Positions 9,901 to 18,542 of a DNA stretch of 64,000 bases are shown here, in pieces. The translations under genes were made by a program, and so were the position numbers. The stretch is from Planctomycetota bacterium (lineage in GTDB: Bacteria; Planctomycetota; UBA8108; SXIK01). Under the pieces are notes generated by a model, which ran no database searches, had not been told where the DNA came from, and saw only the letters and a program-made list of their open reading frames with translations. Position 1 is the stretch's first letter; every line of letters starts with the position of its first letter. The DNA lies in contig OZ244999.1 in the NCBI GenBank assembly GCA_965223265.1, forward strand, positions 9,088,001 through 9,152,000, in the 5' to 3' direction.

Positions 9901-11165
9901 GACTCTCCTTTGACACTCAGGACGCCTACGAAAGTCCTGGCGTGTGGGTCACGACCGTCGTCAATAATCGCGCAGACCGTGTGCCGCGTTCACGCGTCTT
10001 TTCGCGCATTTTGGTTGAAGACGTCTCCGCTGACCTGCATTTTCTGATAGGCAACAACCTGAACGGGCTTGTTGGCTACATCGCGGAAGCCTGGGAGCAG
10101 TACCATTCCGAGTTTACGCTGTGGCCATCGGGTGCGTCTAATGAGATGGCTAAGAATAACTTCTTGGAGCAGGCACGTCGTTTACGAGTGCCTTGTGAAG
10201 AGAAGGATGTCCTCGACCGATTGCGCGCGATGATTCCCGCGGAACGTTTGACGGCTGAGGTGAAGAGCGATCTGGAGAGCATGTGGCGGCACCCGATCGA
10301 GCTTCGTGACCGGCTGGTGACCGGCGGCAAGGTGGATTACGTCGACGCAGTGATCAGTTGGCTCGAGAGACTCACAGAGCAGCTCGACGCACTGCGAGAC
10401 TGCGTCAAGAGAATTGAAACGGCGACCACTGATCGTGCACAAGTCGATCAGGACGCCGAGCGTTTGCTCTGGTCGTGGTTCAAATCTAAGCTTGTGGTCG
10501 TTGAAGACTACTACACACCAGGCGATCAATTAGTCTTTCGAATCGCTAGCGAGACGCCTCCGAACTACCGCAATCGCGTGCTCGGGATGCAAAACATCAA
10601 GGGCACGGGGCTGGATTTCGTCTATCGATGGCAGGCTTGGGACGCTTGCTACAAGGCGAGTCAGGACGCGGTAAGTAGTGATCCAGCAGTGGCGCAGCGA
10701 GGGGTGAATGCGTTGGCCGAATTCCACGATTGGGGGCTCCTCTGCGAGGATCGAATGCGACATGTTCTCAGCGAACTGGAGCGCGCGAAGGCTTCACAGA
10801 GTGAGGGCTTTCATGCTCAAGTGTCGCTGGTTGCCTCGGATTTCGAGCGGACGATTCGCAGTGTGCGGGATTCTCTAGGGAGCGGGACATCGGGGCAGAG
10901 TGGGATGTTCGCTTCCGTCGTCGCAACGCTCGAGGCGTTCTTCGATGCGGGAGACGCGGTGCGCAGACGAAAGATGGCAGATCGTATCTATCGGGATCTA
11001 GCCAACGAGCGCATCGGGTACGACCGAGCAGCTCAAGAGTTGCTCGCGATCATCAAACGGCAGAAGGGTGGTTGGCTCGCAAAGAGAATTCAGGGCTTCC
11101 ATGAATATAGTTCGAGAACGGTTAGGAAGCTTCTCGCCCAGATGAAGTCGTTAGGTTTTCGGTGA
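6921..11165 (+). CDS. HEAT-repeat domain fused to a CapB/PgsB-type (Mur-ligase family) poly-gamma-glutamate synthetase
   Basis: HEAT-like repeats (D.DARVRVAAFRCL, D.SPYVRQGLARSL, D.CHQVRAAAVLAI). P-loop GGWGTRGKSGTERL, KTTG, LWECMAL.P, ITNTYPDHEDLQGP, FTNGMSANE and VVNNRADRVPRS all match CapB/PgsB motifs. Confidence 0.8.
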   Translation: MPRKETESKPVYLLLVRGLNRYQRQLNRALLERLCREFDKRPRVADLRRGSRDASLLVYSLFAFLQAKLSETLTTLQDLRRRYNEFAKRIGRAATLNERERQVLEFSRDLGADRKTLRGDKRALSRYFDGEAVTDRFKRRCGEAERMLCFALDRLAVIGEIAINKELNRAKKKDAWERLGIEELLQQFWTYDGDARVRVAAFRCLSRLLSALPEGEKQGCVAQTTLQFIYRSAMHQRQSVWLQCAALSLLENVSGDSLFRVLRQRLHNPGDQADDIFVRKHAAIMAARNVGRLPSLITTIEQVLQDPSPYVRQGLARSLGKYPHVDSVAILCPLVHDDKCHQVRAAAVLAIGDIVLEAPFQEEALRRLIQSLREEQHEFVLRTVLQVCQNMTHDLGGVLPVEWWWEFYEDLERLHVSADSVSVRRWAAQARDVVWSRIEPEAMALSAICHDALRGLRTGATHRVPARLVDTYDEESLGRSLATAVTLDHGLDVRRIWNGYSVTRGQLFQFRLWRFLYEVRHASPDKRQAHSHMVGRYFDGELRIPSTVLAELAQTKVPGEPLFLPEESGWRPYLPLVDDVIASAQHRFRGRATRIYTSEGITTVQPPSSLLRRLAALYRLSTRYPEYARLRNWREGSQVKADGYVRSLEDLGFSIQINPYRGRKGRGDTRVDPKVERFFPAISLAPLVDLWSELREYFFSVFDNSIQELILFSGGVSTYFVGKHILSNVRIRRSRSRIPLIVGGWGTRGKSGTERLKAALFSALGHSMVSKTTGCEAMFLYSHAFGQTKELFLFRPYDKATIWEQSNLLRLASQLEGEVFLWECMALTPAYVRILQQRWMQDDISTITNTYPDHEDLQGPAGFNIPEVMTLFIPRRSTLITTEEVMLPILSEAAKDQETRVQPVTWLEAGLLTDDVLARFPYEEHPNNIALVMALAEELGVDPDFALKEMADRVVADLGVLKVYPVSRVEGRYLEFTNGMSANERHGCLGNWTRLSFDTQDAYESPGVWVTTVVNNRADRVPRSRVFSRILVEDVSADLHFLIGNNLNGLVGYIAEAWEQYHSEFTLWPSGASNEMAKNNFLEQARRLRVPCEEKDVLDRLRAMIPAERLTAEVKSDLESMWRHPIELRDRLVTGGKVDYVDAVISWLERLTEQLDALRDCVKRIETATTDRAQVDQDAERLLWSWFKSKLVVVEDYYTPGDQLVFRIASETPPNYRNRVLGMQNIKGTGLDFVYRWQAWDACYKASQDAVSSDPAVAQRGVNALAEFHDWGLLCEDRMRHVLSELERAKASQSEGFHAQVSLVASDFERTIRSVRDSLGSGTSGQSGMFASVVATLEAFFDAGDAVRRRKMADRIYRDLANERIGYDRAAQELLAIIKRQKGGWLAKRIQGFHEYSSRTVRKLLAQMKSLGFR

Positions 11166-11239
11166 GTTCAGCACCCAGCAGGCGCATGAGATCTCGGCTG
11201 CAGTTGTGAGGCGCCGGCTGTTTCGTCTGCCTGTAGTGT

Positions 11240-13390
11240 TTACGGACAGACGGCTTCGTCGATTTCCGGTGTCAGCGACTTGACCGAAAAGATAATGTCG
11301 GCGAAGTCATGGTTTGACCCTTTGACCAATGAGAGGTCCTCGAAGGCGAAGATTGCGAGTGGACCCGGTGTGACGACAACTTCACTCGCGCCGCTCGCCG
11401 TTCTACCGCGCGCGCTGACGAACGAGAGAGCTTGATCAAAGCCACCCGGATTCAGGGAGCGAAGAGTGAACAGCGGCTGGAGAGGGTGTGCTGGATTCGT
11501 TTGGTACTGTGCGAGGGAGCGATTCGGGACGATGAAAAACGCGACCGCGTGACCGCTCGGCGGCGTGACGTTGAATACGCTTTCGCCGGGGGCGATCTCG
11601 TCGCGGTCACACCCAGGACCACTGCCAAGGTCTTTCGTATTTGTGAAAACGTTTGTCGCAGACAGGGAAAGCAGAGCTTCTGCAGCGCTCGCCGGCGGTG
11701 ATTCCGCTGGAAACGTAAAATACCCTACGTCACTCGAGTAGCACGCTTCTTTGAACACGAACTCGACTTCGAACGAGTTGCCGGAAATGCCATCGAGTCC
11801 ATGCACTTCGACTCCATCTTCGTAGTCACCCGTGAGAAAATCATGTAGTTCGCTACTTCGGATGCGTTTCCCTTGCGGGTCTGTAAGATGGCTGCGCTGC
11901 GACACAGTGACAGAGTCCGATTGTAGTTCTGCGATCTCTTCGTTTGTAAGCGTCGGGAGAACGTCGCTCGAGATCACTCGAACTTCGAGCGTTTCCGAGA
12001 GGACCCGCTCAATGTCCCCCGAAAATGCTCGCAGGGTGACGTCGATTCTGTGGATGACGTTGCCATGTTCGTCCACGTCTCCGTTTGAACTCACCGGAAC
12101 AAGAGCCGAGAAGAATCCATCCGGCAAGAGCGAGACGTCGATGGGATCTGTGTCGAGTGTGAGGTTCTTGATGTCGACGCTAAGAAGGGAGGCGAGTGGC
12201 TTTCCGCAGATCGCGTCGCGTAGTTGGTCGATCTGTGAGATGTTTTCATAGTGGCCGCCGCCGCAGACCGCCACGCAGTGGGGAAGCGTAGTGCGTGGGC
12301 GGTTGGTGTCGGAGGCAGGAATGATCGAGAACGCGAAGAGCTGAGCTTCTACACTCCCGAGGGCTTCCGCTGCGGTCACCGCCGCTTCACGATCAGCGCT
12401 GCTCTGCGTTAGATTTGAATCGCTCGTATTACGTGGAATGCCGTGTGACGTTGGAATACCGTCGCTGAGAAAGAGGACTGTGCGGTAGGGATGCGGAATC
12501 TCAGGAGCCGGATCTTCCGAAGCGACCTCGCTGGCCGCATCACTCAAAGCGAGATCTTCGAACAGACCGCGTGCGACTCCCAAAGCGGCCTCGTAGTTTG
12601 TGCCACCGAATGGGGTGCCAAGGTTGCCGAGGGCAGCGAGCCAGTCGTCCTTGTCAGACGAGAACCCCTGAACGATGTCGGCGTTGTCGTTGAACTGGAC
12701 GATGGCGACTCGAGTTGCGCTTGGATCCAGATTGGAAAGGAGGCAGTGCGTTGCCTCGATTTCTGCTTCTAGCACTGAATCTATCTGACCGTCTTGATCG
12801 ACGTCGAAAGCATCTCGAGAGGTACTTCCGGAGCGGTCTAAGACGACAACCAAATCGAGCTGGTAACTCGCGGTGTTCGCGAGCCGCGCGTAGCCCTCCA
12901 CGAGAACACTTGGCGTCGCGCACGATGCGGAAACGGAGTGGAGCTTGCCGCTTTCGGGCGCGGTCACCGTGAGAGTGGGATCCAAGGATGACTCGAGAAG
13001 CTCGACGTTGAAACGTTCACCGCTTGCGACATCTAGCGGCAACTCAATCGGGTCGTATCCTGGCGCAACGACGCTGATGCTCCGCGTCGCCACCGCTCGC
13101 GCTGCGTGGAATGAGCTCGCCTCAGCGCCCGATTCTGTCGCCAGGCTGGGGTCGTTCACAAAGAACTTGCCAGATGCATCTGTGACCGTCGTCGACTCGA
13201 TTCCGTCGATCGATACGTGGGCGCCCGGAATCGGGTCGCCGTCGCCGTCGACGACAGTGCCGGCGTATTGCCCCAATTCTGGCGTTGAGGTAACGGGGCC
13301 GTTGTCTCCTCCGCCCCCGCCGCTACAGCCTGCCACTGCAAGAGTCAAAACGGTGGCGCAAAGAACATCGCGGCGACAACTGCGCATCAC
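11240..13390 (-). CDS. Lipoprotein with carboxypeptidase-regulatory-like domain, von Willebrand A domain and DUF4114-like C-terminus
   Basis: Lipobox LAVAGC. GTVVDGDGDPIPGAHV (CarboxypepD_reg-like). MIDAS VVVLDRSGST, GGTNY, FLSDG. C-terminal FAFEDL...HDFADIIFSV. Confidence 0.75.
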   Translation of the reverse strand: MMRSCRRDVLCATVLTLAVAGCSGGGGGDNGPVTSTPELGQYAGTVVDGDGDPIPGAHVSIDGIESTTVTDASGKFFVNDPSLATESGAEASSFHAARAVATRSISVVAPGYDPIELPLDVASGERFNVELLESSLDPTLTVTAPESGKLHSVSASCATPSVLVEGYARLANTASYQLDLVVVLDRSGSTSRDAFDVDQDGQIDSVLEAEIEATHCLLSNLDPSATRVAIVQFNDNADIVQGFSSDKDDWLAALGNLGTPFGGTNYEAALGVARGLFEDLALSDAASEVASEDPAPEIPHPYRTVLFLSDGIPTSHGIPRNTSDSNLTQSSADREAAVTAAEALGSVEAQLFAFSIIPASDTNRPRTTLPHCVAVCGGGHYENISQIDQLRDAICGKPLASLLSVDIKNLTLDTDPIDVSLLPDGFFSALVPVSSNGDVDEHGNVIHRIDVTLRAFSGDIERVLSETLEVRVISSDVLPTLTNEEIAELQSDSVTVSQRSHLTDPQGKRIRSSELHDFLTGDYEDGVEVHGLDGISGNSFEVEFVFKEACYSSDVGYFTFPAESPPASAAEALLSLSATNVFTNTKDLGSGPGCDRDEIAPGESVFNVTPPSGHAVAFFIVPNRSLAQYQTNPAHPLQPLFTLRSLNPGGFDQALSFVSARGRTASGASEVVVTPGPLAIFAFEDLSLVKGSNHDFADIIFSVKSLTPEIDEAVCP

Positions 13391-13466
13391 ACCTCCTCAC
13401 GCACGGCGCATTCGAGCCGACGTCAGAAGGATAGGATGGGTTTCCGGAACGCGCAAACGTGCACGC

Positions 13467-14720
13467 CTATCGTCCCGCACGGCAGATTTCGAGCCAGGCC
13501 GCTGCGGCGCACGTTTTTTTGGGAGCCAGGAGCGGAATAACCCGGCGAGAAACTGGCGCTCCCACCTCCTTTCCGAAGGCGAGCCGGACGCTGTCGACTC
13601 CGTCCGGAGCGTACTTCTGTGCAAATGCGCGTGCAACGCATCCGAACGTCAGGCGCGCATTGATCTCTCCGAGCGGCATCAGTCGAGTGCAGCCGTCGTC
13701 GGTGTGGTAGCGCCACGCGTCGATACCGAAGGGGCCGCGATAGCCAGCATCGTGCAGTCGATGACCGACGGTCGCGGCGGATTCGCGCAAAGTCGATCGC
13801 TCCTCCTCCGACGCCGCCTCAGTGTCTCTGGTGGCGACCAATTCGATCGCCTGCAGTTGGCCCCGAGGACTGACGATTTGCCGGTGAATGCTGAACAACT
13901 CGATGCGATTCTCGGTGACGACTCCGCAGATGCCGAAGTCGACGCTCCGGCGCATCCACGGTTCAAAGACGAGCTCGCCGCAGTTTTCGAGCAAGCGCTC
14001 AATACGTCGCGCCGACTCATTTTCGAGAGCGTGGCCGCGCCCGCGCAGTCGGTCTCTGCCGGCGGTGGAGAATGCTGCTTTCACGACCCACTCGCGGTGT
14101 CGAGAGATTCTGTCCGGGCCGGATTTCAGATGGTTGGAGAGTTCCGCGAGAGTACGAATCAGCCTCGTGCCCGGCAGTCCGATGCCCAACTCGTCGGCGA
14201 GGCGAACCGCGAATCCACGGTGCTGCACTCGCGCGACGACTTCCGGTGGTGCTGCGGGGCAGTTCCAAACGAGTTTGCTGATGTCCTCGCTTGAGTTGCC
14301 GACGCTCGGCGCCGCCGCGGGAGCCTCCAGAGAGGTCGCGTCCCCCTGGGCATTGCTCGCTGGAGCAGTGTTTGCCGTCTCCACATGCTTTGAGACGCCG
14401 CAAAGCGGCGCGGTTCTCGCCGTCATTCCCCACGCAGTGGTTTTCGCTGCCGGAACCAGATCGTCGAACGGCTCACACTCGAGGATTGGTCGTGCCAGAG
14501 AGGGCGCCGGCAGGACGCAGCTGGGGTGGACTTTCTCGGCGGTCCAAAGGCGATCGGCGTCGCTTGAGAGGAAGACCCGAAGAAGCGTCGCGTAGGCCGA
14601 GATGCGGTCGACAACGTGCCGCGGCAATTTCACCTGGTTCGTCAGGCTCGATGCCGTCGACGACGTCTGCGTGCGCAACTCGATTTCGAACTCCAAGTTG
14701 CCGAGGATGCGACGGCTCAC
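13467..14720 (-). CDS. ATP-grasp-fold protein of unknown substrate
   Basis: WVVKAAFSTAGR, LVFEPW, GYRGPFGIDA and GEINAR are ATP-grasp motifs. GTG start 3 nt after the DUF455 stop. Confidence 0.7.
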   Translation of the reverse strand: MSRRILGNLEFEIELRTQTSSTASSLTNQVKLPRHVVDRISAYATLLRVFLSSDADRLWTAEKVHPSCVLPAPSLARPILECEPFDDLVPAAKTTAWGMTARTAPLCGVSKHVETANTAPASNAQGDATSLEAPAAAPSVGNSSEDISKLVWNCPAAPPEVVARVQHRGFAVRLADELGIGLPGTRLIRTLAELSNHLKSGPDRISRHREWVVKAAFSTAGRDRLRGRGHALENESARRIERLLENCGELVFEPWMRRSVDFGICGVVTENRIELFSIHRQIVSPRGQLQAIELVATRDTEAASEEERSTLRESAATVGHRLHDAGYRGPFGIDAWRYHTDDGCTRLMPLGEINARLTFGCVARAFAQKYAPDGVDSVRLAFGKEVGAPVSRRVIPLLAPKKTCAAAAWLEICRAGR

Positions 14721-14723
14721 GAT

Positions 14724-15551
14724 CTACTCGCGCGACTCTTTCTTCGAGCTAGAGTGGAGGTCGTGTCTCCGGTCCGACGTCCGGAGCGCTTCGACGAACT
14801 CGTCGTCGAGCCCGGCGGCTCTGCGACCCTCCGAATGGAAAGTCGTACCTCGAGCCAGTGAGAGTCTAAGTGGCCAGGCTACGTTTTCCTTGTAGGTGTC
14901 CAATGGAGACCGGTCTCTGTCCTTGAGTCTCAGAAGCCACGTCCACCCGAAGCGTACGTGTTCGATTTCGTCTGCATGAATCTGCTGAAAGAGAGCAGAC
15001 GATCCAGCATCGTCGGCCTCCTCAGCCGCGGCGGCGTACTCAAGGCTGTGGTCCAAATTCGCGTTTTCGAACGTTAGAGACATCGCGCAGACAAATTCGA
15101 TCGGCGTGTGGACGTGTTCGATCTTGTTCCAAAAATATCCCGTGACAGGGTAGTCGCCAAGGTGTCGGCCGAAATGATTCAGCCTCGCGATGTACATGCG
15201 GCAGTGTCGCTGTTCGTCGAAGAGCACACGGACGAGCCCGCTACGAAATTCCACCGGCGCGCTGGGGAAGGCCAGCAAGGCCCAGGCGAAGAGCTCAGCG
15301 GCTTGAAGCTCATGATTGGCCAGAGCGTGCAGTATCTTCGCACGCTGTCCAACGTGCTGCATGCCGGCGAGCGATGGGACTCTAGTGCGCTGTCCGGCGC
15401 TCGCAATCATCAAGTTCGACGGGCGGCCCGGCGTCGCGATGCGCAGCGGGGTTCCAGGGTCGTTATCGGTCAATGGAGTTTTCGGACCCGAAAGCTTCTC
15501 TTCGAGATTGTCGCACTCGATGACGTGACGAGCAAACGAGCGAACTTCCAT
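14724..15551 (-). CDS. DUF455 ferritin-like di-iron protein
   Basis: LHALANHELQAAEL, DEQRH, FENANLD, DEIEHVRFG.W. Start placed at ATG 15551 (MEVRSF). Confidence 0.8.
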   Translation of the reverse strand: MEVRSFARHVIECDNLEEKLSGPKTPLTDNDPGTPLRIATPGRPSNLMIASAGQRTRVPSLAGMQHVGQRAKILHALANHELQAAELFAWALLAFPSAPVEFRSGLVRVLFDEQRHCRMYIARLNHFGRHLGDYPVTGYFWNKIEHVHTPIEFVCAMSLTFENANLDHSLEYAAAAEEADDAGSSALFQQIHADEIEHVRFGWTWLLRLKDRDRSPLDTYKENVAWPLRLSLARGTTFHSEGRRAAGLDDEFVEALRTSDRRHDLHSSSKKESRE

Positions 15552-15833
15552 TCTGTAGGCACTTTGCGAGTTGTGTGAATGATTCGTGAAGAGGCATCCG
15601 GCGCGATGCCTTTGCCTCAGCAATCCCCCGAGAAGCCCGATTCTCGGGGGAGATGTTACTCTTCGAAGCGTATGCAGTTCGCCTGAAAAAATGTGTTCGT
15701 TTTGAAACCCCTTGGTTCGCGGCACGGCATCGCCACCGGAGATCACGGTTGGCGTAATGGCGGATGACCGGGGCCGGCGTAGCGGTCGGCCATCGCTCCA
15801 CGACCACGTAGGGAATCATCGTCGAGGTGGAAT

Positions 15834-16244
15834 ATGTGCCCCAGCTGCGGCAAGCCACTGATAGCCCTCGAGTTTGAAGGAATCGAGATCGATCACTGCA
15901 CGTCTTGTCTGGGCACGTGGCTCGATGCCGGCGAGCTCGAGGACATGACGCGACTTGCGGGAGTGGAGCCAGGTGAGCTCTCACGAGCTATGGACACGGC
16001 AGTCAGCCATCGCCGCGGGGACAAAAAGTGTCCGCGTTGCGAGCGTCGGCTCGACTTGATCGCCGTGCATGAGGGCGCCGAGATCGAGCTCGATCGATGC
16101 CCGCATGGACACGGGCTCTGGTTTGACCAGGGAGAGTTGAAGGAAATCATCTCGACGGCCGCGGGAGACGAAGAAGCTTCGGTGGCTCGTTTCTTCGCTG
16201 AAATCTATAGATCTGAACTCACAGTCCACGACAGAGGAGAATGA
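15834..16244 (+). CDS. Tandem zf-TFIIB zinc-ribbon protein
   Basis: Two copies of CP.C...EID.C..C.G.W.D.GEL. Confidence 0.85.
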   Translation: MCPSCGKPLIALEFEGIEIDHCTSCLGTWLDAGELEDMTRLAGVEPGELSRAMDTAVSHRRGDKKCPRCERRLDLIAVHEGAEIELDRCPHGHGLWFDQGELKEIISTAAGDEEASVARFFAEIYRSELTVHDRGE

Positions 16245-16245
16245 A

Positions 16246-16812
16246 ATGGACGGAACTCTCATCGGTATTCTAGTCTTCGTTGCGTTCGTCGTCGCGCTCA
16301 TGGCTTGGTTCGTCCTTGACTACAACACGATCATCAAGCTGCGCAACCACCTCAAGAACGCATGGTCGCAAATTGACGTGCAACTCAAGCGTCGACATGA
16401 CCTCATTCCCAATCTCGTGGAAACAGTCAAAGGTTACGCCTCACACGAGAAAGAGACCCTGGAGAACGTCATAAAGGCTCGTGCCAGCGCCACGCAGGCA
16501 ACCGGAGTCGCGGATCAGTCCAAAGCTGAGAGCGCTCTCGGTAATGCGCTGGGTCGTCTTCTCATGGTCGCCGAGTCCTACCCGGACCTGCAGGCAAACG
16601 AGAACTTTCTCGCCCTTCAGGAAGAGTTGACTTCTACGGAGAACAAGATCGGTTTCTCCCGGCAACACTTCAACGACAGCGTCATGCGCTTCAACACCAA
16701 GATCCAAAGCATTCCATCGAACATCATCGCTGGCGTCTTTGGTTTCAAAGACGAAAAGTTCTTCGAACTCGAGGATCAGAAGGAGCGCGAGTCTCCGAAG
16801 GTTGCCTTCTAG
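16246..16812 (+). CDS. lemA: LemA family protein
   Basis: N-terminal TM, then NAWSQIDVQLKRRHDLIPNLVETVKGYA and ESYPDLQANENFLALQEEL..TENKI. Confidence 0.95.
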   Translation: MDGTLIGILVFVAFVVALMAWFVLDYNTIIKLRNHLKNAWSQIDVQLKRRHDLIPNLVETVKGYASHEKETLENVIKARASATQATGVADQSKAESALGNALGRLLMVAESYPDLQANENFLALQEELTSTENKIGFSRQHFNDSVMRFNTKIQSIPSNIIAGVFGFKDEKFFELEDQKERESPKVAF

Positions 16813-17045
16813 TCGATGCTTCATGAGCACATCGCGAACGAGAAGAGGAAAGAAACGTTCGGAGAGCAAGTGTCGCAGTAGAGAACCTGTTGAGTTGCGA
16901 AACGAGACTTTCTACCCGGTTCTCCGTCGCCTTCTTCGTTCTTGTTCAAAGTCTCCGAGACCATCAATGCGGATTCGAACAAAGAGGCGGGCGCTCGAGC
17001 CTGGGCTGCTAGCGTCCGTCCTATCTACTTAGTCGGTGGAGTCCC

Positions 17046-18536
17046 ATGTGGGATGCGATTGAAGCCAATCAACGACGCTCGGTAATTCTGATCAGCCTGA
17101 TGGGGGTGATCTTGGTCGGGCTCGGCGCGCTGTTCGGTCACGTGTTGAGCCCCGAGTACGGGCTCATCTTTGGACCACTCGTTGCGGTCTCGCTGTGGGG
17201 TGGTTTGTGCGTTTTAGCCTTTTACCAGGGGGATCAACTGCTCCTCCTCTCGGCCGGTGCGCACGCGATCGAAAAGGCGGATTGCCCTAGACTTTGGAAC
17301 ACGGTCGAAGAAATGACGATTGCTGCGGGTTTGCCGCGCATGCCCAAGGTGTATATCGTCGATCAAAACGCACCGAATGCCTTCGCAACCGGTCGATCCC
17401 CTGAGAATTCAGTGGTAGCTGTGACGACAGGCCTTCTGAAGATTCTTGACCGCGACGAGCTGCAAGGGGTCGTCGCTCACGAGATCGGCCACATCAAGAA
17501 TCAAGACGTACGGTTCATGACCCATGCGAGTGTTCTGCTGGGATCGATCGTCCTCCTGTCGGACGCGTTTCTCAAGTACACGCTATTCAGCGGATCGCGT
17601 CGCCGCCTTTCTCGTGGCAACGGCAAGTCTCAAATGGCGATGGTGGTCGTTGCTGTCATCGCAGCAATCCTTGCGCCTATCTTCGCGCGTCTTCTTTTCT
17701 TCGCGTGCTCGCGCAAACGCGAATTCCTGGCCGACGCTTCCGCTGCGCGTTTCACACGCTACCCGGATGGTCTCGCTTCTGCTCTTGAGAAAATCGCTGC
17801 AGGCGCCGGGCGAGCGAAGGATATCAGCAAGGCTGTCGCGCCTCTCTACATCGTCAACCCGCTCGAGTGTCGCGCCACGGGGTCGCGAGCCTTGTCGACG
17901 CACCCGCCGACCGACCAGAGAATCAAGATCCTACGGAGCATGGGAGGACGTGCGGGTTACGTTGACTACGAATCGGCGTTTCGCAGCGTTAGCGGGAGTG
18001 GCACGAGGTGCCTCGGGCTCCGCGCACTGAGCGGCGAGAAGAGCATGAAGGCTCGTGCGGCGTCGAAACCGCAGAAGGAGCAGCGCGAGGAGCTGATCGA
18101 ACGGATGAGCGAAGTCGTCAACATTGTCGACCGACTTGCTGACTTCCTTCTCATCGCATGTGCTTGTGGCATGAAGATGAAGCTGCCTCCAGAGTATGAC
18201 AAGGATGCGGTCACTTGTCCGCGGTGTGGCTGTGGCCATGCGGTTCCGACGGCAGAAGCGGCCAAGAGCGACGAGGCGTCCGACGATGGATCTCCAAAAG
18301 ATGCTGATGGTTGCGCCAACGAGAAGACTTCTTCCGCATCCGGACCTGGGGATGTTCCGTTTCAGTATCGCCGCCAAGGGCAAGCGTGGGAGTCGTTTCG
18401 TTGCCCGTGTAGTCGGACCATGCAAGTCAGTCCCAGCCTCTCGGCGCGGTTTCTCAAGTGTCGCAGCTGTGGTCAGCGCATAGAGATTCTAGAGCCTGAG
18501 AAAGAAGCCACAGAACTCGGCACTCCTGCAAGCTGA
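17046..18536 (+). CDS. htpX: M48 family (HtpX-like) membrane metalloprotease with C-terminal Cys-rich zinc ribbons
   Basis: PNAFATG, ELQGVVAHEIGH (HExxH), SRKREFLADA, STHPP...RI. C-terminal CACG..CPRC and CPCS..CRSC. Confidence 0.85.
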   Translation: MWDAIEANQRRSVILISLMGVILVGLGALFGHVLSPEYGLIFGPLVAVSLWGGLCVLAFYQGDQLLLLSAGAHAIEKADCPRLWNTVEEMTIAAGLPRMPKVYIVDQNAPNAFATGRSPENSVVAVTTGLLKILDRDELQGVVAHEIGHIKNQDVRFMTHASVLLGSIVLLSDAFLKYTLFSGSRRRLSRGNGKSQMAMVVVAVIAAILAPIFARLLFFACSRKREFLADASAARFTRYPDGLASALEKIAAGAGRAKDISKAVAPLYIVNPLECRATGSRALSTHPPTDQRIKILRSMGGRAGYVDYESAFRSVSGSGTRCLGLRALSGEKSMKARAASKPQKEQREELIERMSEVVNIVDRLADFLLIACACGMKMKLPPEYDKDAVTCPRCGCGHAVPTAEAAKSDEASDDGSPKDADGCANEKTSSASGPGDVPFQYRRQGQAWESFRCPCSRTMQVSPSLSARFLKCRSCGQRIEILEPEKEATELGTPAS

Positions 18537-18542
18537 CGGTTT

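Noticed and set aside
12945-14294. 449-aa plus-strand ORF
   Set aside because: Antisense shadow of the vWA lipoprotein and ATP-grasp genes, with no motifs.
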